A stretch of DNA of 64,000 bases, taken from positions 448,001 through 512,000 of the forward strand of contig CAVSGM010000001.1 of the NCBI GenBank assembly GCA_963727485.1. Direction: 5' to 3'. The translations under genes were made by a program, and so were the position numbers. Under the pieces are notes generated by a model that did not search any database, was not told the origin of the DNA, and saw nothing but the letters and a program-made list of their open reading frames with translations. Positions 1 through 9,155 of the stretch are shown here, piece after piece; positions within the stretch are counted from its first letter, which is position 1; every line of letters begins with the position of its first letter. Origin of the DNA: an uncultured delta proteobacterium (GTDB lineage: Bacteria > Myxococcota > Myxococcia > SLRQ01).

Positions 1-23
1 CGGCAGCGCCCACGCCGAGGTGG

Positions 24-686
24 TCACGAGGTGGACTTGGAGCCCAGCGCCTCGATCTCGAGGTTGTCGAAGTCCAGCGGGGTCTCCCAGGCGCAGAAGC
101 CGAAGCGATCGTGACGCCGGCCCACCAGCGGGTGCGGGTCGTCGTAGGTCATGAACTTCTCGCCGTCGACGTACCAGGTGATGTCGCCGCCCTTGGGGGT
201 GACCGTCCGGGTGATGCGCATGTGGTAGACGCGCCCGGGGACCACCCGCTTGTCCCGGCGCTCCTTGCGGTCCGCGCCGTGCTCGTCGCCCCGGCTGATG
301 ATGCTGATGGTGTTGTGCCAGCCGCCGAAGATGAACACGTAGCCGCTCTCGTGGTCCCGGCCGTCGCCGAAGGCCTCGAACTTGATGTCCCCGTCGGCCT
401 TCTCGGTCTTCACGTCGAAGGAGATGGAGACGTCCCGGGGCAGGGGGACCCGGAGCCACAGGGGGTTGTTCTTCACCGGGGGCAGGTGCAGCCAGCCGCC
501 CTGGAGGGTCGGCTCGAAGGCCCGGTAGAAGTCCGGCCGGTACATGTCGCCCACCTGGGCCCGGTCGAAGGTGTCCTCGAAGGGCACCTGGCCCTTGGTC
601 TCCGGCGCCCAGAAGAGCTGGTGCACCAGGGGAACCTGCACCACCGCGAGGACCGCGGCGACGATCGCCCATCCCTTCCAGCTCAT
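24..686 (-). CDS. Hypothetical exported protein, probable ConA/LamG-like beta-sandwich
   Basis: Real start MSWKGWAIVAAVLAVV (N-terminal hydrophobic segment) lies inside ORF 24..1868. Beta-rich body ends FDNLEIEAL. ATG overlaps the stop of the upstream sigma gene (TGATG). Confidence 0.7.
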   Translation of the reverse strand: MSWKGWAIVAAVLAVVQVPLVHQLFWAPETKGQVPFEDTFDRAQVGDMYRPDFYRAFEPTLQGGWLHLPPVKNNPLWLRVPLPRDVSISFDVKTEKADGDIKFEAFGDGRDHESGYVFIFGGWHNTISIISRGDEHGADRKERRDKRVVPGRVYHMRITRTVTPKGGDITWYVDGEKFMTYDDPHPLVGRRHDRFGFCAWETPLDFDNLEIEALGSKSTS

Positions 687-1723
687 CAGGCCCGATCCTC
701 CACCACCAGGTCGCCGAAGTCGGGGATCTCGTGCTCCAGGTACGCCTTGAGTCGCTTCACCATGCGCTTCTCCAGTTGCCGGGCCCGCTCGCGGGTGACG
801 CCGAAGTGCTCGCCCACCGCCTGGAGGGTCAGGGGATCCTCGGCCATGAGCCGGTTGTCGTAGATGAACCGCTCCCGCTCGTCGGTGATGCCTGCGGCGA
901 AGCGCTCGAGCTTCTCCCGGAAGATGCCGCGCAGCTCCCGGTCGGCGAGGATCTCGTCGCTGCCCTCGCCCTGGAACGAGAGGCGGTCGCCGAGGGTGAG
1001 GTCGCCGTCGTCGCCGCCGCCCATCGGGGTGTCGATGGAGGCCTCGCGCTGGGAGAGCCGCTGGTCCATGTCGATGACGTCCTGCTCGGGGACGTCGAGG
1101 CGCTCGGCCAGGAGCTTGGGCTCGGGGGCGAAGCCCAGGGCCTCGAGCTTGCGCTTCTCCTTGCGCAGGTTGAAGAAGAGCTTGCGCTGGGACTGGGTGG
1201 TCCCGAGCTTCACCATCCGCCAGTTGTCCATGATGAAGCGGATGATGTACGCGCGGATCCACCAGGCGGCGTAGGTGGAGAGCTTGACGCCCTTGTAGGG
1301 GTCGAACTTCCGCACCGCCAGCATCAGCCCCACGTTGCCCTCCTGGATCAGGTCCAGGAGGCTGAAGGCGGCGCGGCGGTAGTCGTGGGCGATCTTCACC
1401 ACCAGCCGGAGGTTGGCGGTGACCAGGCGGTAGGCGGCGTCGAGGTCGCCCTCCTCCACGTAGCGGACGGCCAGGTCGTGCTCCTCCTCCCGGGAGAGCA
1501 GGGCGTGGCGGGAGATCTCCGAGAGGTAGCGGCGGAGCGGGTCGGTGGGGGCCAGCGCGCTGGAGCCGGGGGCCGGCGCCGGGACCCGGGAGGTGTCGGG
1601 CCCCAGGTCGAGGTCGTCGGCGTCGTCCTCGAGGTCCGCACCCCCGGCCGTCTCGGCCTCGGGGAGGGTCTGTTCGCCCTCGGGGAGGGCGTCGTCGCGG
1701 GGGTCTTCGGGGGATCTGGGCAT
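686..1723 (-). CDS. rpoH: RNA polymerase sigma factor, sigma-32/RpoH family
   Basis: Regions 1.2/2 (LRRYLSEI, NLRLVVKIA, DLIQEGNVGLM, STYAAWWIRA), RpoH box QRKLFFNLRK, region 4 TLQAVGEHFGVTRERARQLE. Start approximate. Confidence 0.9.
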   Translation of the reverse strand: MPRSPEDPRDDALPEGEQTLPEAETAGGADLEDDADDLDLGPDTSRVPAPAPGSSALAPTDPLRRYLSEISRHALLSREEEHDLAVRYVEEGDLDAAYRLVTANLRLVVKIAHDYRRAAFSLLDLIQEGNVGLMLAVRKFDPYKGVKLSTYAAWWIRAYIIRFIMDNWRMVKLGTTQSQRKLFFNLRKEKRKLEALGFAPEPKLLAERLDVPEQDVIDMDQRLSQREASIDTPMGGGDDGDLTLGDRLSFQGEGSDEILADRELRGIFREKLERFAAGITDERERFIYDNRLMAEDPLTLQAVGEHFGVTRERARQLEKRMVKRLKAYLEHEIPDFGDLVVEDRA

Positions 1724-1779
1724 GGTCCCGGGCGTGACAGCGGGAAGGAACTCGGCTATTTGAAGCGTTCCTACCAAGA

Positions 1780-1795
1780 GGTAGGCCATAACACC
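1780..1795. promoter_or_regulatory. Palindrome CCTACC-AAGA-GGTAGG, candidate operator in the divergent rpoH/helicase region
   Basis: Perfect 6-bp inverted repeat in a relatively AT-rich patch of the intergenic region. Confidence 0.35.
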
Positions 1796-1803
1796 AAGAA
1801 CGT

Positions 1804-1919
1804 CCGGGCCGGATCGCGCCCGGCCGCTCAAGGACCCTGACGATGCGCCCACGACCGGGAGGAATCAAGGTGGGCGCCTGGCCAAGGCTCTTGAGCGGCC
1901 CGCATCCAGGGTAGCCCGG
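1804..1919 (+). other. Long imperfect hairpin (candidate structured 5' UTR or ncRNA)
   Basis: Nested pairings 1804-09/1914-19, 1811-14/1904-07, 1822-32/1890-1900 (11 bp perfect) and 1845-52/1870-77 (8 bp perfect). Confidence 0.55.
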
Positions 1920-1957
1920 GCGTCGACCCCGGCCGAAGCGCCGGGAAAGGAACGCCC

Positions 1958-3907
1958 GTGACCGATACCACCAATCCGACCCCCGAGACCCTCGAGGGCG
2001 TCGACGCCGTCGCCGAGAACGCCGACACCGAGAGCCCCGACACCGAGAGCCCCGAGACCGAGGCCGGCGCCTCCGACTACGAGTCGGCCGTCCGCTTCGA
2101 CGAGATGCCCCTCTCGCCCGAGGTCCTCCAGGGCATCCGCGACCGGGGCTACGAGACCGCCACCCCGGTCCAGAGCCGCTGCCTGGGCCCGGCCCTCGAG
2201 GGGAAGGACCTCATCGTCCGCTCCAAGACCGGCACCGGGAAGACCGCCGCCTTCTCCATCCCCTCCATCGAGCGGATCCAGAAGGGCGGCGACACCCCCC
2301 AGATGCTGGTGCTCTGCCCCACCCGCGAGCTCGCCATCCAGGTCGCCGACGAGGCGGCCGCCCTGGGCAAGGCCAAGGGACTGACCGCCGAGCCCATCTA
2401 CGGCGGCGCCTCGATGCAGAAGCAGGTCGACGGCCTCAAGGCCGGCCCCGAGATCGTCGTGGGGACCCCGGGCCGGGTCCTCGACCACATCCGCCGCCAC
2501 ACCCTCGACCTCTCGGACGTGAAGATCCGCGTCCTCGACGAGGCCGACGAGATGCTCTCCATGGGCTTCTTCGAGGACGTGGCCGGGATCCTCTCGGAGA
2601 CCCCCGACGACGCCCAGACGCTGCTCTTCAGCGCCACCGTGTCGCCGGACATCGAGGAGATCATCCACCAGTTCGCCAAGGATCCGGAGACCATCCTCCT
2701 CTCGGGCGACGAGTACAGCGTCGAGGGGATTGACAACATCCTCTACGAGATCCGCGACGACCAGCCCAAGCCCCGCAGCCTCGTCTACCTCATCGAGGCC
2801 GAGGATCCGCCGGCGGCGCTGATCTTCTGCAACACCCGCACCGACACCTCGATGGTCAGCGCCGTCCTCGGCCGCCACGGCCTCGACGCCACGCTCATCA
2901 ACTCCGACCTCTCCCAGGCCGAGCGGGAGAAGGCGATGAACAAGATCAAGGCCGGGGAGCTGCGCTTCCTGGTCGCCACCGATCTCGCCGCCCGGGGCAT
3001 CGACATCAGCGGGCTGACCCACGTCATCAACTACTCGCTCCCCGAGGACCCGGCGATCTACATGCACCGGGTGGGGCGCACCGGGCGCATCGGCCGGGCG
3101 GGCACCGCCATCTCGCTGGTGACCGGGCGCGATCTGGCCACGCTGCGCTCCCTCGAGGGGAAGTACGGCGTCGAGTTCGACCGGCGCGCCCTCCCCGACC
3201 CCGAGACCTTCCGCAAGCACTGGGCCGAGCGGCACATCGCCGAGCTCACCGGCGGGATGAAGGGCGACGTCTTCGAGTCCTACATCCCCCTGGCCAAGGA
3301 GATCGCCGAGCGGCCCAACGGTGAGTTCCTGGTCGCCTACGCCCTCAAGTACTTCTTCGCCCACCACCGTGGCGACAAGACCGCCGCCGAGGTGAACGCC
3401 GAGAAGGCCCCGCGGGACAGCGACGGGCGCCGGGGCCGCGGAGACCGCGACCGGGATCGTGGCGGACGCCGCGAGCGCGGGGACCGGGACCGGGGGGATC
3501 GGGACCGCGGCCGTGGCCGCGACCGCGACGACCGCCCGCGTCGTCACCGGGACGACGACGGGGCCGAGGCCAGCGGCCGCGACCACGGCGAGGACCGGAC
3601 CGAGCGCGAGCCGCCCCGGGCGACCCGGCTCTACGTGGGCGTGGGCAGCGAGCAGGGCTACGACGCCGAGAAGGTGAAGGCCCTGGTCGCCGACGCCGCC
3701 GGCGCCGACGCCCTCTCGGTCGCCTCGGTGGAGGTCGCCGCCACCTGCAGCTTCCTCGAGGCCACCGACGAGGACGCCGCCCGGGCGCTCCTCGAGGCCA
3801 ACGGCAAGCCCTTCGGCGACGAGGAGGGGGCCACCCTCCGGGTCGAGGTCGCCCGCGGCCGCAGCCGCGGTGGCCGCCGCCGCGCGCCCCGGCGCCGCCG
3901 GGACTGA
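1958..3907 (+). CDS. DEAD-box RNA helicase with DbpA-type C-terminal RNA-binding domain
   Basis: Q motif ATPVQ, SKTGTGKT, PTRELA, TPGR, DEAD, SAT, ARGID, HRVGRTGR; RD-rich linker. RBS AAAGGAA precedes GTG. Confidence 0.95.
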   Translation: MTDTTNPTPETLEGVDAVAENADTESPDTESPETEAGASDYESAVRFDEMPLSPEVLQGIRDRGYETATPVQSRCLGPALEGKDLIVRSKTGTGKTAAFSIPSIERIQKGGDTPQMLVLCPTRELAIQVADEAAALGKAKGLTAEPIYGGASMQKQVDGLKAGPEIVVGTPGRVLDHIRRHTLDLSDVKIRVLDEADEMLSMGFFEDVAGILSETPDDAQTLLFSATVSPDIEEIIHQFAKDPETILLSGDEYSVEGIDNILYEIRDDQPKPRSLVYLIEAEDPPAALIFCNTRTDTSMVSAVLGRHGLDATLINSDLSQAEREKAMNKIKAGELRFLVATDLAARGIDISGLTHVINYSLPEDPAIYMHRVGRTGRIGRAGTAISLVTGRDLATLRSLEGKYGVEFDRRALPDPETFRKHWAERHIAELTGGMKGDVFESYIPLAKEIAERPNGEFLVAYALKYFFAHHRGDKTAAEVNAEKAPRDSDGRRGRGDRDRDRGGRRERGDRDRGDRDRGRGRDRDDRPRRHRDDDGAEASGRDHGEDRTEREPPRATRLYVGVGSEQGYDAEKVKALVADAAGADALSVASVEVAATCSFLEATDEDAARALLEANGKPFGDEEGATLRVEVARGRSRGGRRRAPRRRRD

Positions 3908-3968
3908 CCGGGTCGGGGCACCGGTGCCGGTCCCCGGGCGGCTGCGGTATGCTCCGCCCGGGCACCCC

Positions 3969-5369
3969 ATGGCCACCGCGATCCGCCGCTTCCACGTCGA
4001 CCACCTCCACCAGCCGTCGGGGTGGCTGTCCCCGGCGTTCGTCACCCTCGACGACGCCGGGGTCATCGCCCGGGTGGACGACGCGCCGCCCGAGGGCTGG
4101 GACCCGGGCGACGCCCTGCGCCTGAAGGGCTTCGCCGTCCCGGGCGTCCCCGACCTCCACAGCCACGCCTTCCAGCGGGCCCTGGTGGGCCGGGGCGAGG
4201 CCAACGCCCCGGGGCGCGACGACTCGTTCTGGACCTGGCGCCAGGCGATGTACGCGGTGGCCGCCGAGGTCTCGCCCGAGGCCCTGGAGGCGGTCGCCGC
4301 CTGGCTCTACGTGGAGCTCCTGGAGGGCGGGTTCACCTCGGTCGGCGAGTTCCACTACCTCCACCACGACCCGGCGGGGCGGCCCTACGACGATCCGGCG
4401 GAGATGAGCCGGCGCATCCTTTCTGCCGCCGGGCGCGCGGGCATCGGCCTGACGCTGCTCCCGGTGCTCTACCGCCGGGGGGGCTTCGACCGGCCCGCCG
4501 AGCCCGGGCAGCGCCGGTTCCTCTCGCCCTCCCTCGAGGGCTTCCTCGGCCTCCTCGAGGCCATCGATACCGCCGCCGCGGGCACCGGGGCGAGGGTGGG
4601 GGTCGCGGCCCACAGCCTCCGGGCGGTGGCCCCCGAGGAGGTCGTCGCCCTGGCGGCGGCCACCGGCGACCGGCCCTTCCACGTCCACGTCGCCGAGCAG
4701 CAGGCCGAGGTCGACGCCTGCGTGGCCCACCTCGGGGCCCGGCCGGTGGCCTGGCTCCTGGACCGCGCCCCGGTGGACGGGCGCTGGTGCCTGGTCCACG
4801 CCACCCACCTCGACGCCGACGAGCGCCGGCGCCTCGCCGCCTCCGGGGCCGTCGCCGGCCTCTGCCCCACCACCGAGGCGAACCTCGGCGACGGCATCTT
4901 CCCGGCGCGGGACTTCCTCGCCGAGGGGGGCGCGGTGGGCGTGGGGACCGACAGCCAGGTGGGCGCCTCGGCGGCGGCGGAGCTCGGGCTCCTGGAGCTG
5001 ACCCAGCGCCTCCGGGACCAGGGGCGAAACCGCCTCGCCCAGGGCGACCGCCCCGAGACCCTCCACCTCGGCCGGCGCCTCCTCGATCTCGCCTGCGCCG
5101 GCGGCGCCCGGGCCCTGGGCCTCGAGGCCGGGGCGCTGGTGCCCGGGCGGCGCGCCGACGTGGTGGTCCTCGACCCCGAGCACCCGCGGCTGGTGGCCCA
5201 TGGGGAGTCGACGGTCCTCGACGCCTGGGTCCTCGGCGGGGCCGAGGGGGCGGTCTCCGACGTGCTGGTGGGCGGGGTCCACCAGGTCGCCGGCGGCCGG
5301 CACCGGCACCGGGAGGCGATCCGCGCGCGCTTCGCCGAGACCCTGCGGGCGCTCGCCCGGCGGCTGTGA
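3969..5369 (+). CDS. hutF: Formimidoylglutamate deiminase
   Basis: DLHSHAFQRA, DSFWTWR, VGEFHYLHH, HVHVAEQ, CPTTEANLGDG, GTDS motifs; adjacent to hutG. Confidence 0.92.
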   Translation: MATAIRRFHVDHLHQPSGWLSPAFVTLDDAGVIARVDDAPPEGWDPGDALRLKGFAVPGVPDLHSHAFQRALVGRGEANAPGRDDSFWTWRQAMYAVAAEVSPEALEAVAAWLYVELLEGGFTSVGEFHYLHHDPAGRPYDDPAEMSRRILSAAGRAGIGLTLLPVLYRRGGFDRPAEPGQRRFLSPSLEGFLGLLEAIDTAAAGTGARVGVAAHSLRAVAPEEVVALAAATGDRPFHVHVAEQQAEVDACVAHLGARPVAWLLDRAPVDGRWCLVHATHLDADERRRLAASGAVAGLCPTTEANLGDGIFPARDFLAEGGAVGVGTDSQVGASAAAELGLLELTQRLRDQGRNRLAQGDRPETLHLGRRLLDLACAGGARALGLEAGALVPGRRADVVVLDPEHPRLVAHGESTVLDAWVLGGAEGAVSDVLVGGVHQVAGGRHRHREAIRARFAETLRALARRL

Positions 5370-5372
5370 CCG

Positions 5373-5450
5373 GGCGGTGCGGCCCGGCGGTGCGGCCCGG
5401 CGGTGCGGCCCGGCGGTGCGGCCCGGCGGTGCGGCCCGGCGGTGCGGCCC
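5373..5450. repeat. Six perfect tandem copies of the 13-mer GGCGGTGCGGCCC
   Basis: Counted directly; lies between hutF and hutG. Confidence 0.95.
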
Positions 5451-5530
5451 GCGCCGGCGCGCCTTGGCCGCGCGGCCGCCCACGCCCCGCGCCGGTGGCG
5501 ACGGCCCCGGTTCGCGGCTACCGTGCGGGT

Positions 5531-6337
5531 GTGGATCCCTATCATCTCCGCCCGCCGACCGCCCCGCCGACGCCGCTGGTCGTCAGCATCCCCCACACCG
5601 GGACCGAGGTGCCCCCAAAGCTCGCCGACCGGTTCACCGACGCCGCCCGCGCCCTGGCCGACACCGACTGGCACCTCCACGACCTCTACGACTTCGTCCC
5701 CGCCCTCGGGGGCACCACCCTCCACGCCCGGTACAGCCGCTACGTCATCGATCTCAACCGGCCCCCGGACGCGGCGCCCCTCTATCCGGGCCGCTTCGAG
5801 ACCACCCTGGTGCCCACCACCACCTTCGCCGGTGAGGCCCTCTACCGCGACGGCGAGGCCCCCGACGACGCCGAGGTCGCCGCCCGCCGGGAGACCTACT
5901 GGGCGCCCTACCACGCGCGGTTGCAGGCGCTCCTCGAGGAGACGGTCTCCAAGTTCGGCTACGCGCTCCTCTTCGACGCCCACTCCATCCGCAGCACCGT
6001 GCCCACCCTCTTCGAGGGGCGGCTCCCGGACCTGGTCCTCGGGACCGCCGACGGCCGGTCCGCGGACCCGGCGATCGCCGAGGCGGTGGCGGCGGTCCAC
6101 GGCGCCTCGGGCCTGGGCCACGCGGTGAACCGGCCCTTCAAGGGCGGCTACATCACCCGCACCTACGGCCGGCCGGCGCGGCGGGTCCACGCGTTGCAGC
6201 TGGAGATGGCCCAGGACCTCTACATGGACGAGGCCCCGCCGTTCCCCTACCGCCCCGAGAAGGCCGAGCGCCTTCGCCCGGTCCTCGAGGCGACCCTGCA
6301 CACCTATCTCGAGGCGGCCGGTCGGCTGCAGCGCTGA
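5531..6337 (+). CDS. hutG: N-formylglutamate deformylase/amidohydrolase
   Basis: SIPHTG, DTDWH, SRYVIDLNR, FDAHSI, FKGGYITR, HALQLE motifs. GTG start inferred. Confidence 0.9.
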   Translation: MDPYHLRPPTAPPTPLVVSIPHTGTEVPPKLADRFTDAARALADTDWHLHDLYDFVPALGGTTLHARYSRYVIDLNRPPDAAPLYPGRFETTLVPTTTFAGEALYRDGEAPDDAEVAARRETYWAPYHARLQALLEETVSKFGYALLFDAHSIRSTVPTLFEGRLPDLVLGTADGRSADPAIAEAVAAVHGASGLGHAVNRPFKGGYITRTYGRPARRVHALQLEMAQDLYMDEAPPFPYRPEKAERLRPVLEATLHTYLEAAGRLQR

Positions 6338-7668
6338 TGGACGCCTACGAGCCGCTGGTGTCGCTGGCGGTGGCCCTCGGGGTCGGCCTCCTCATCGGGC
6401 TGGAGCGCGAGCAGCAGGCGCCCCACGGCGCCGACCGGCCCCGGCTCTTCGTCGGCGGAGCGCGGACCTTCCCCCTGGTGGCCCTCGCCGGGGCCCTCTC
6501 GACCCTCCTCGGCGCCAGCCTGGGGGTGGTGGTGCCCCTGACGGTGCTGGCGGCGGTGGTGGTGTTCCTCGCCATCGCCTACGCCAGCGACGTGCGCCGG
6601 GGCGTGGACCGGGGCATCACCACCGAGATCGCCTTCGTGGTCACCTTCCTCCTGGGCGCGGTGCTCACCTCCAAGGCCATCGAGCCGGCGACCTGGCGCT
6701 ACGTGGTGGTCGCCTCGGTGGCGGTGGTGGTGACCCTGCTGCTCTCGCTCAAGCCCGCGCTCCACGGCATCGCCGAGCGGGCCAGCCGCGCCGACGTCTA
6801 CGCCGTCCTCAAGTTCCTGGTGCTCGCGGTCATCGTCCTCCCGCTGCTCCCCAACGAGACCCTCGGTCCCCTCGGCGTCCTCAACCCCTTCGCCATCGGC
6901 CTGATGATCGTGCTCATCGCCGGCGTCAGCTTCGTGGGCTACGTGGCGGTGCGGGTCCTGGGGCCCGGGCGGGGGCTGGGGCTCACCGGCCTCGTGGGCG
7001 GCCTGGTGTCGTCGACGGCGGTGACCGTGAGCTTCTCCGGCCGCGCCCGCCGGGAGCCGCGCCTGGGCGCCGGCTGCACCCTGGCGGTGGTCCTCGCCTC
7101 CACCGTGATGTTCGTCCGGGTAGGGGTGCTGGTGGCGGTGGTCGACGCGGCGCTCCTGCCCCGGCTGTGGCTGCCGCTGGTGCTGATGACCGTCACCGGC
7201 GGCGCCACCGCCCTCTGGGTGCGCCACCGGGCCCGGGTCGCCGACCGGGCCGGGGTCGCCGACCGGGCCGGGGTCGCCGACCGGGCGCGGTCGCGCGAGG
7301 CCGGCGCCGTGCCCGTCACCAACCCCTTCGAGCTGGCCACCGCCCTGAAGTTCGGGCTGCTCTTCGCCGTGGTCCTCCTGGTGACCAAGGCCGCGACCGT
7401 GTACCTGGGCAACTCGGGCACCTACCTCGCCGGGGTCCTCGCCGGCGCCACCGACGTGGACGCCATCACCCTCTCCATGGCGAGCCTCGCCCGGAAGAGC
7501 CTCGACCCCGGGGTCGCCGCGACGACCATCATCCTCGGCGCCGGCTCCAACACCCTGGTGAAGGCGGGCATCGCCGCGGTGCTCGGGGGGTGGAAGTTCG
7601 GGCGGTGGGTGCTGGCGGCGTTCGCAGCGATGCTGGCCGCCGGGGCGGTGGGGCTGCTGCTCACGTGA
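6337..7668 (+). CDS. MgtC/SapB family membrane protein with DUF4010 domain
   Basis: LIGLERE, GARTFPL, GITTE, GGLVSSTAVT, NPFEL, GATDVDAIT motifs; many TM segments. Confidence 0.88.
   Translation: MDAYEPLVSLAVALGVGLLIGLEREQQAPHGADRPRLFVGGARTFPLVALAGALSTLLGASLGVVVPLTVLAAVVVFLAIAYASDVRRGVDRGITTEIAFVVTFLLGAVLTSKAIEPATWRYVVVASVAVVVTLLLSLKPALHGIAERASRADVYAVLKFLVLAVIVLPLLPNETLGPLGVLNPFAIGLMIVLIAGVSFVGYVAVRVLGPGRGLGLTGLVGGLVSSTAVTVSFSGRARREPRLGAGCTLAVVLASTVMFVRVGVLVAVVDAALLPRLWLPLVLMTVTGGATALWVRHRARVADRAGVADRAGVADRARSREAGAVPVTNPFELATALKFGLLFAVVLLVTKAATVYLGNSGTYLAGVLAGATDVDAITLSMASLARKSLDPGVAATTIILGAGSNTLVKAGIAAVLGGWKFGRWVLAAFAAMLAAGAVGLLLT
7237..7286 (+). repeat. In-frame 18-bp tandem repeat (VADRAG, ~2.8 copies) in a loop of the DUF4010 protein
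   Basis: GTCGCCGACCGGGCCGGG repeated. Confidence 0.8.
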
Positions 7669-7679
7669 GCGTGCCTGGC

Positions 7680-8486
7680 CTACGCCGCCGGCTGGGGCAC
7701 GTCGATGAGCCCATGACGGCGCCACCCGATCCGGGCCAGCCAGCTTCGCGGTGGGCACACGGGAGGTGGCACCTCGGGCGGACGCCTGCTTCCGCTGCCG
7801 GCGCCTCCGCTGCCGCCGCCGCTGCCCGCTGGCATCCCGCCCCGCCAGCCGTCGAACCAGGCCCCCGAGGTGTAGGGGTCGACGACCGGTCCCCGGCGCC
7901 CTCGCCGCCAGGTCCCGTGACGCGTGGCGTTGGTGAGCAGGTAGGCCAGGGCGCGGCGGACCTCGAGGGGCGTACGAAGCACGTGGGCGTGGTACCGATC
8001 CCCGAACACCGGCCCCTGCCGGGCCATCACCCGGTTGAGCCCGCGCGCCAGGCGGATGCAGAGCCCTTGCATCCCGCGTGAGAGGGCCCCGCGCCCCCGG
8101 GCCTCGACGAGGAGGTGGAGGTGGTTGCCCTGGACCGAGTAGTGAACGAGGCGCATCCCGTTCCGATCGTGGGCGGCGACGAACGCGGCCTGGATCACGC
8201 GAAAGCAGCGGCGGGATCGAAGGTTGAAGACGTGCCGTCGGACCCGGAGGGTGACGTGGACCGGGTGTGCGGGGGCCACGGAAGGGCGCGGGCCGTGGGC
8301 GACACCGGCCCGCTTGCCCTTGGGCTTTCGCCCGGCGCCGGTCCGGCGACCTCCCCAGGTGCGCAGCTCGAGGTCGAGCTGGCGGGGTCGGCGAGCCGGC
8401 CTGCTCCGCCGCGGCGTGTGCCGGCGGGGGGCCGGTTCGGCAACGGCGGTGGCGGTCTTGGAGCTTGGGGCGTCGGGTCGTCTCAT
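7680..8486 (-). CDS. Y1 HUH tyrosine transposase-like protein (RAYT/IS200-like)
   Basis: HPVHVTLR, YSVQGNHLHLLVE (HUH), GPVFGDRYHAHVL, catalytic Tyr in AYLLTN. No tnpB and no clear IS ends. Confidence 0.85.
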   Translation of the reverse strand: MRRPDAPSSKTATAVAEPAPRRHTPRRSRPARRPRQLDLELRTWGGRRTGAGRKPKGKRAGVAHGPRPSVAPAHPVHVTLRVRRHVFNLRSRRCFRVIQAAFVAAHDRNGMRLVHYSVQGNHLHLLVEARGRGALSRGMQGLCIRLARGLNRVMARQGPVFGDRYHAHVLRTPLEVRRALAYLLTNATRHGTWRRGRRGPVVDPYTSGAWFDGWRGGMPAGSGGGSGGAGSGSRRPPEVPPPVCPPRSWLARIGWRRHGLIDVPQPAA

Positions 8487-8498
8487 GATTCGGCAGGT

Positions 8499-8520
8499 AT
8501 TCTAGCGAGGGGGTCTGACA
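8499..8520 (-). promoter_or_regulatory. TGTCAG-N10-TAGAAT promoter (RecA-NDp/PafBC-type consensus)
   Basis: Minus strand reads TGTCAG ACCCCCTCGC TAGAAT, 12 nt upstream of the HUH gene ATG. Confidence 0.6.
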
Positions 8521-8846
8521 CTCGTGCCGAGACGCCAGATGGCAGGAGGATGAATCGCCATTTGGCCAGGCCAAGGAGTCGGCGATGCCTGGCTGCCAGG
8601 CCACCGGGCCGGCAGCAGATCTGGAGCGTCGGACAGTCGGGCAGCGCGAGCGACCCGGTGCTGCGCGGCGCCGGATTCGCCGCCGGAGACGGCGCCGCGT
8701 GACCCTGCTCTTGAATCCGCAGTAATCCGTCGCGCGCCTCGCCGGTCCCGAGGTTCCCGGGAGCCCGGTACGGAGCCACTCGCCGCCGGTTCACCGCGCC
8801 GCCCGCCCCCCCCCCCGCGCCGCCGCCCGCCCGCCCCGCGCCGCCG

Positions 8847-9155
8847 TCAGGCGGGCGCCAGGGTCGCCAGGGTCGCGCCCCAGCCGCCGCCGTCCTCGCC
8901 GGCGAGGCGGTACCCGAGCACCGACGGGTCGCGATCGAGGACCCGGTGGACCCGCTCGCGCAGCACCCCGGTCCCCTTGCCGTGGATGATCCGCACCTCG
9001 AGGATCCCGTGGGCCCGGCACTCGGCGAGCCAGGCGGGGACCAGGCGGCCGACCTCCCGCGGCGCGAAGGTGTGGAGGTCGAGGACGCCGTCGAGGGGCA
9101 GCACCACGGGCCCGGGTACCCCCGGCACGTCGGGCGGCGGCCGGTCGCCTCCCAT
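8847..9155 (-). CDS. Smr/MutS2 C-terminal domain protein
   Basis: LDLHTF...IIHGKGTGVLRERV...GGWGAT. Confidence 0.9.
   Translation of the reverse strand: MGGDRPPPDVPGVPGPVVLPLDGVLDLHTFAPREVGRLVPAWLAECRAHGILEVRIIHGKGTGVLRERVHRVLDRDPSVLGYRLAGEDGGGWGATLATLAPA

Noticed and set aside
1804..1919. SRP (4.5S) or 6S RNA
   Set aside because: The loop GACCGGGAGGAATCAAG only loosely resembles SRP domain IV (no CAGG/AGCAG) and no 6S features are evident; kept as an unassigned hairpin.
5373..5450. Possible CRISPR array
   Set aside because: 13-bp units are contiguous with no spacers, and there are no cas genes.
8796..8846. Poly-C/GC-rich tract as a G-quadruplex or terminator
   Set aside because: Low-complexity tract; homopolymer length is unreliable in this assembly and there is no U-tract.
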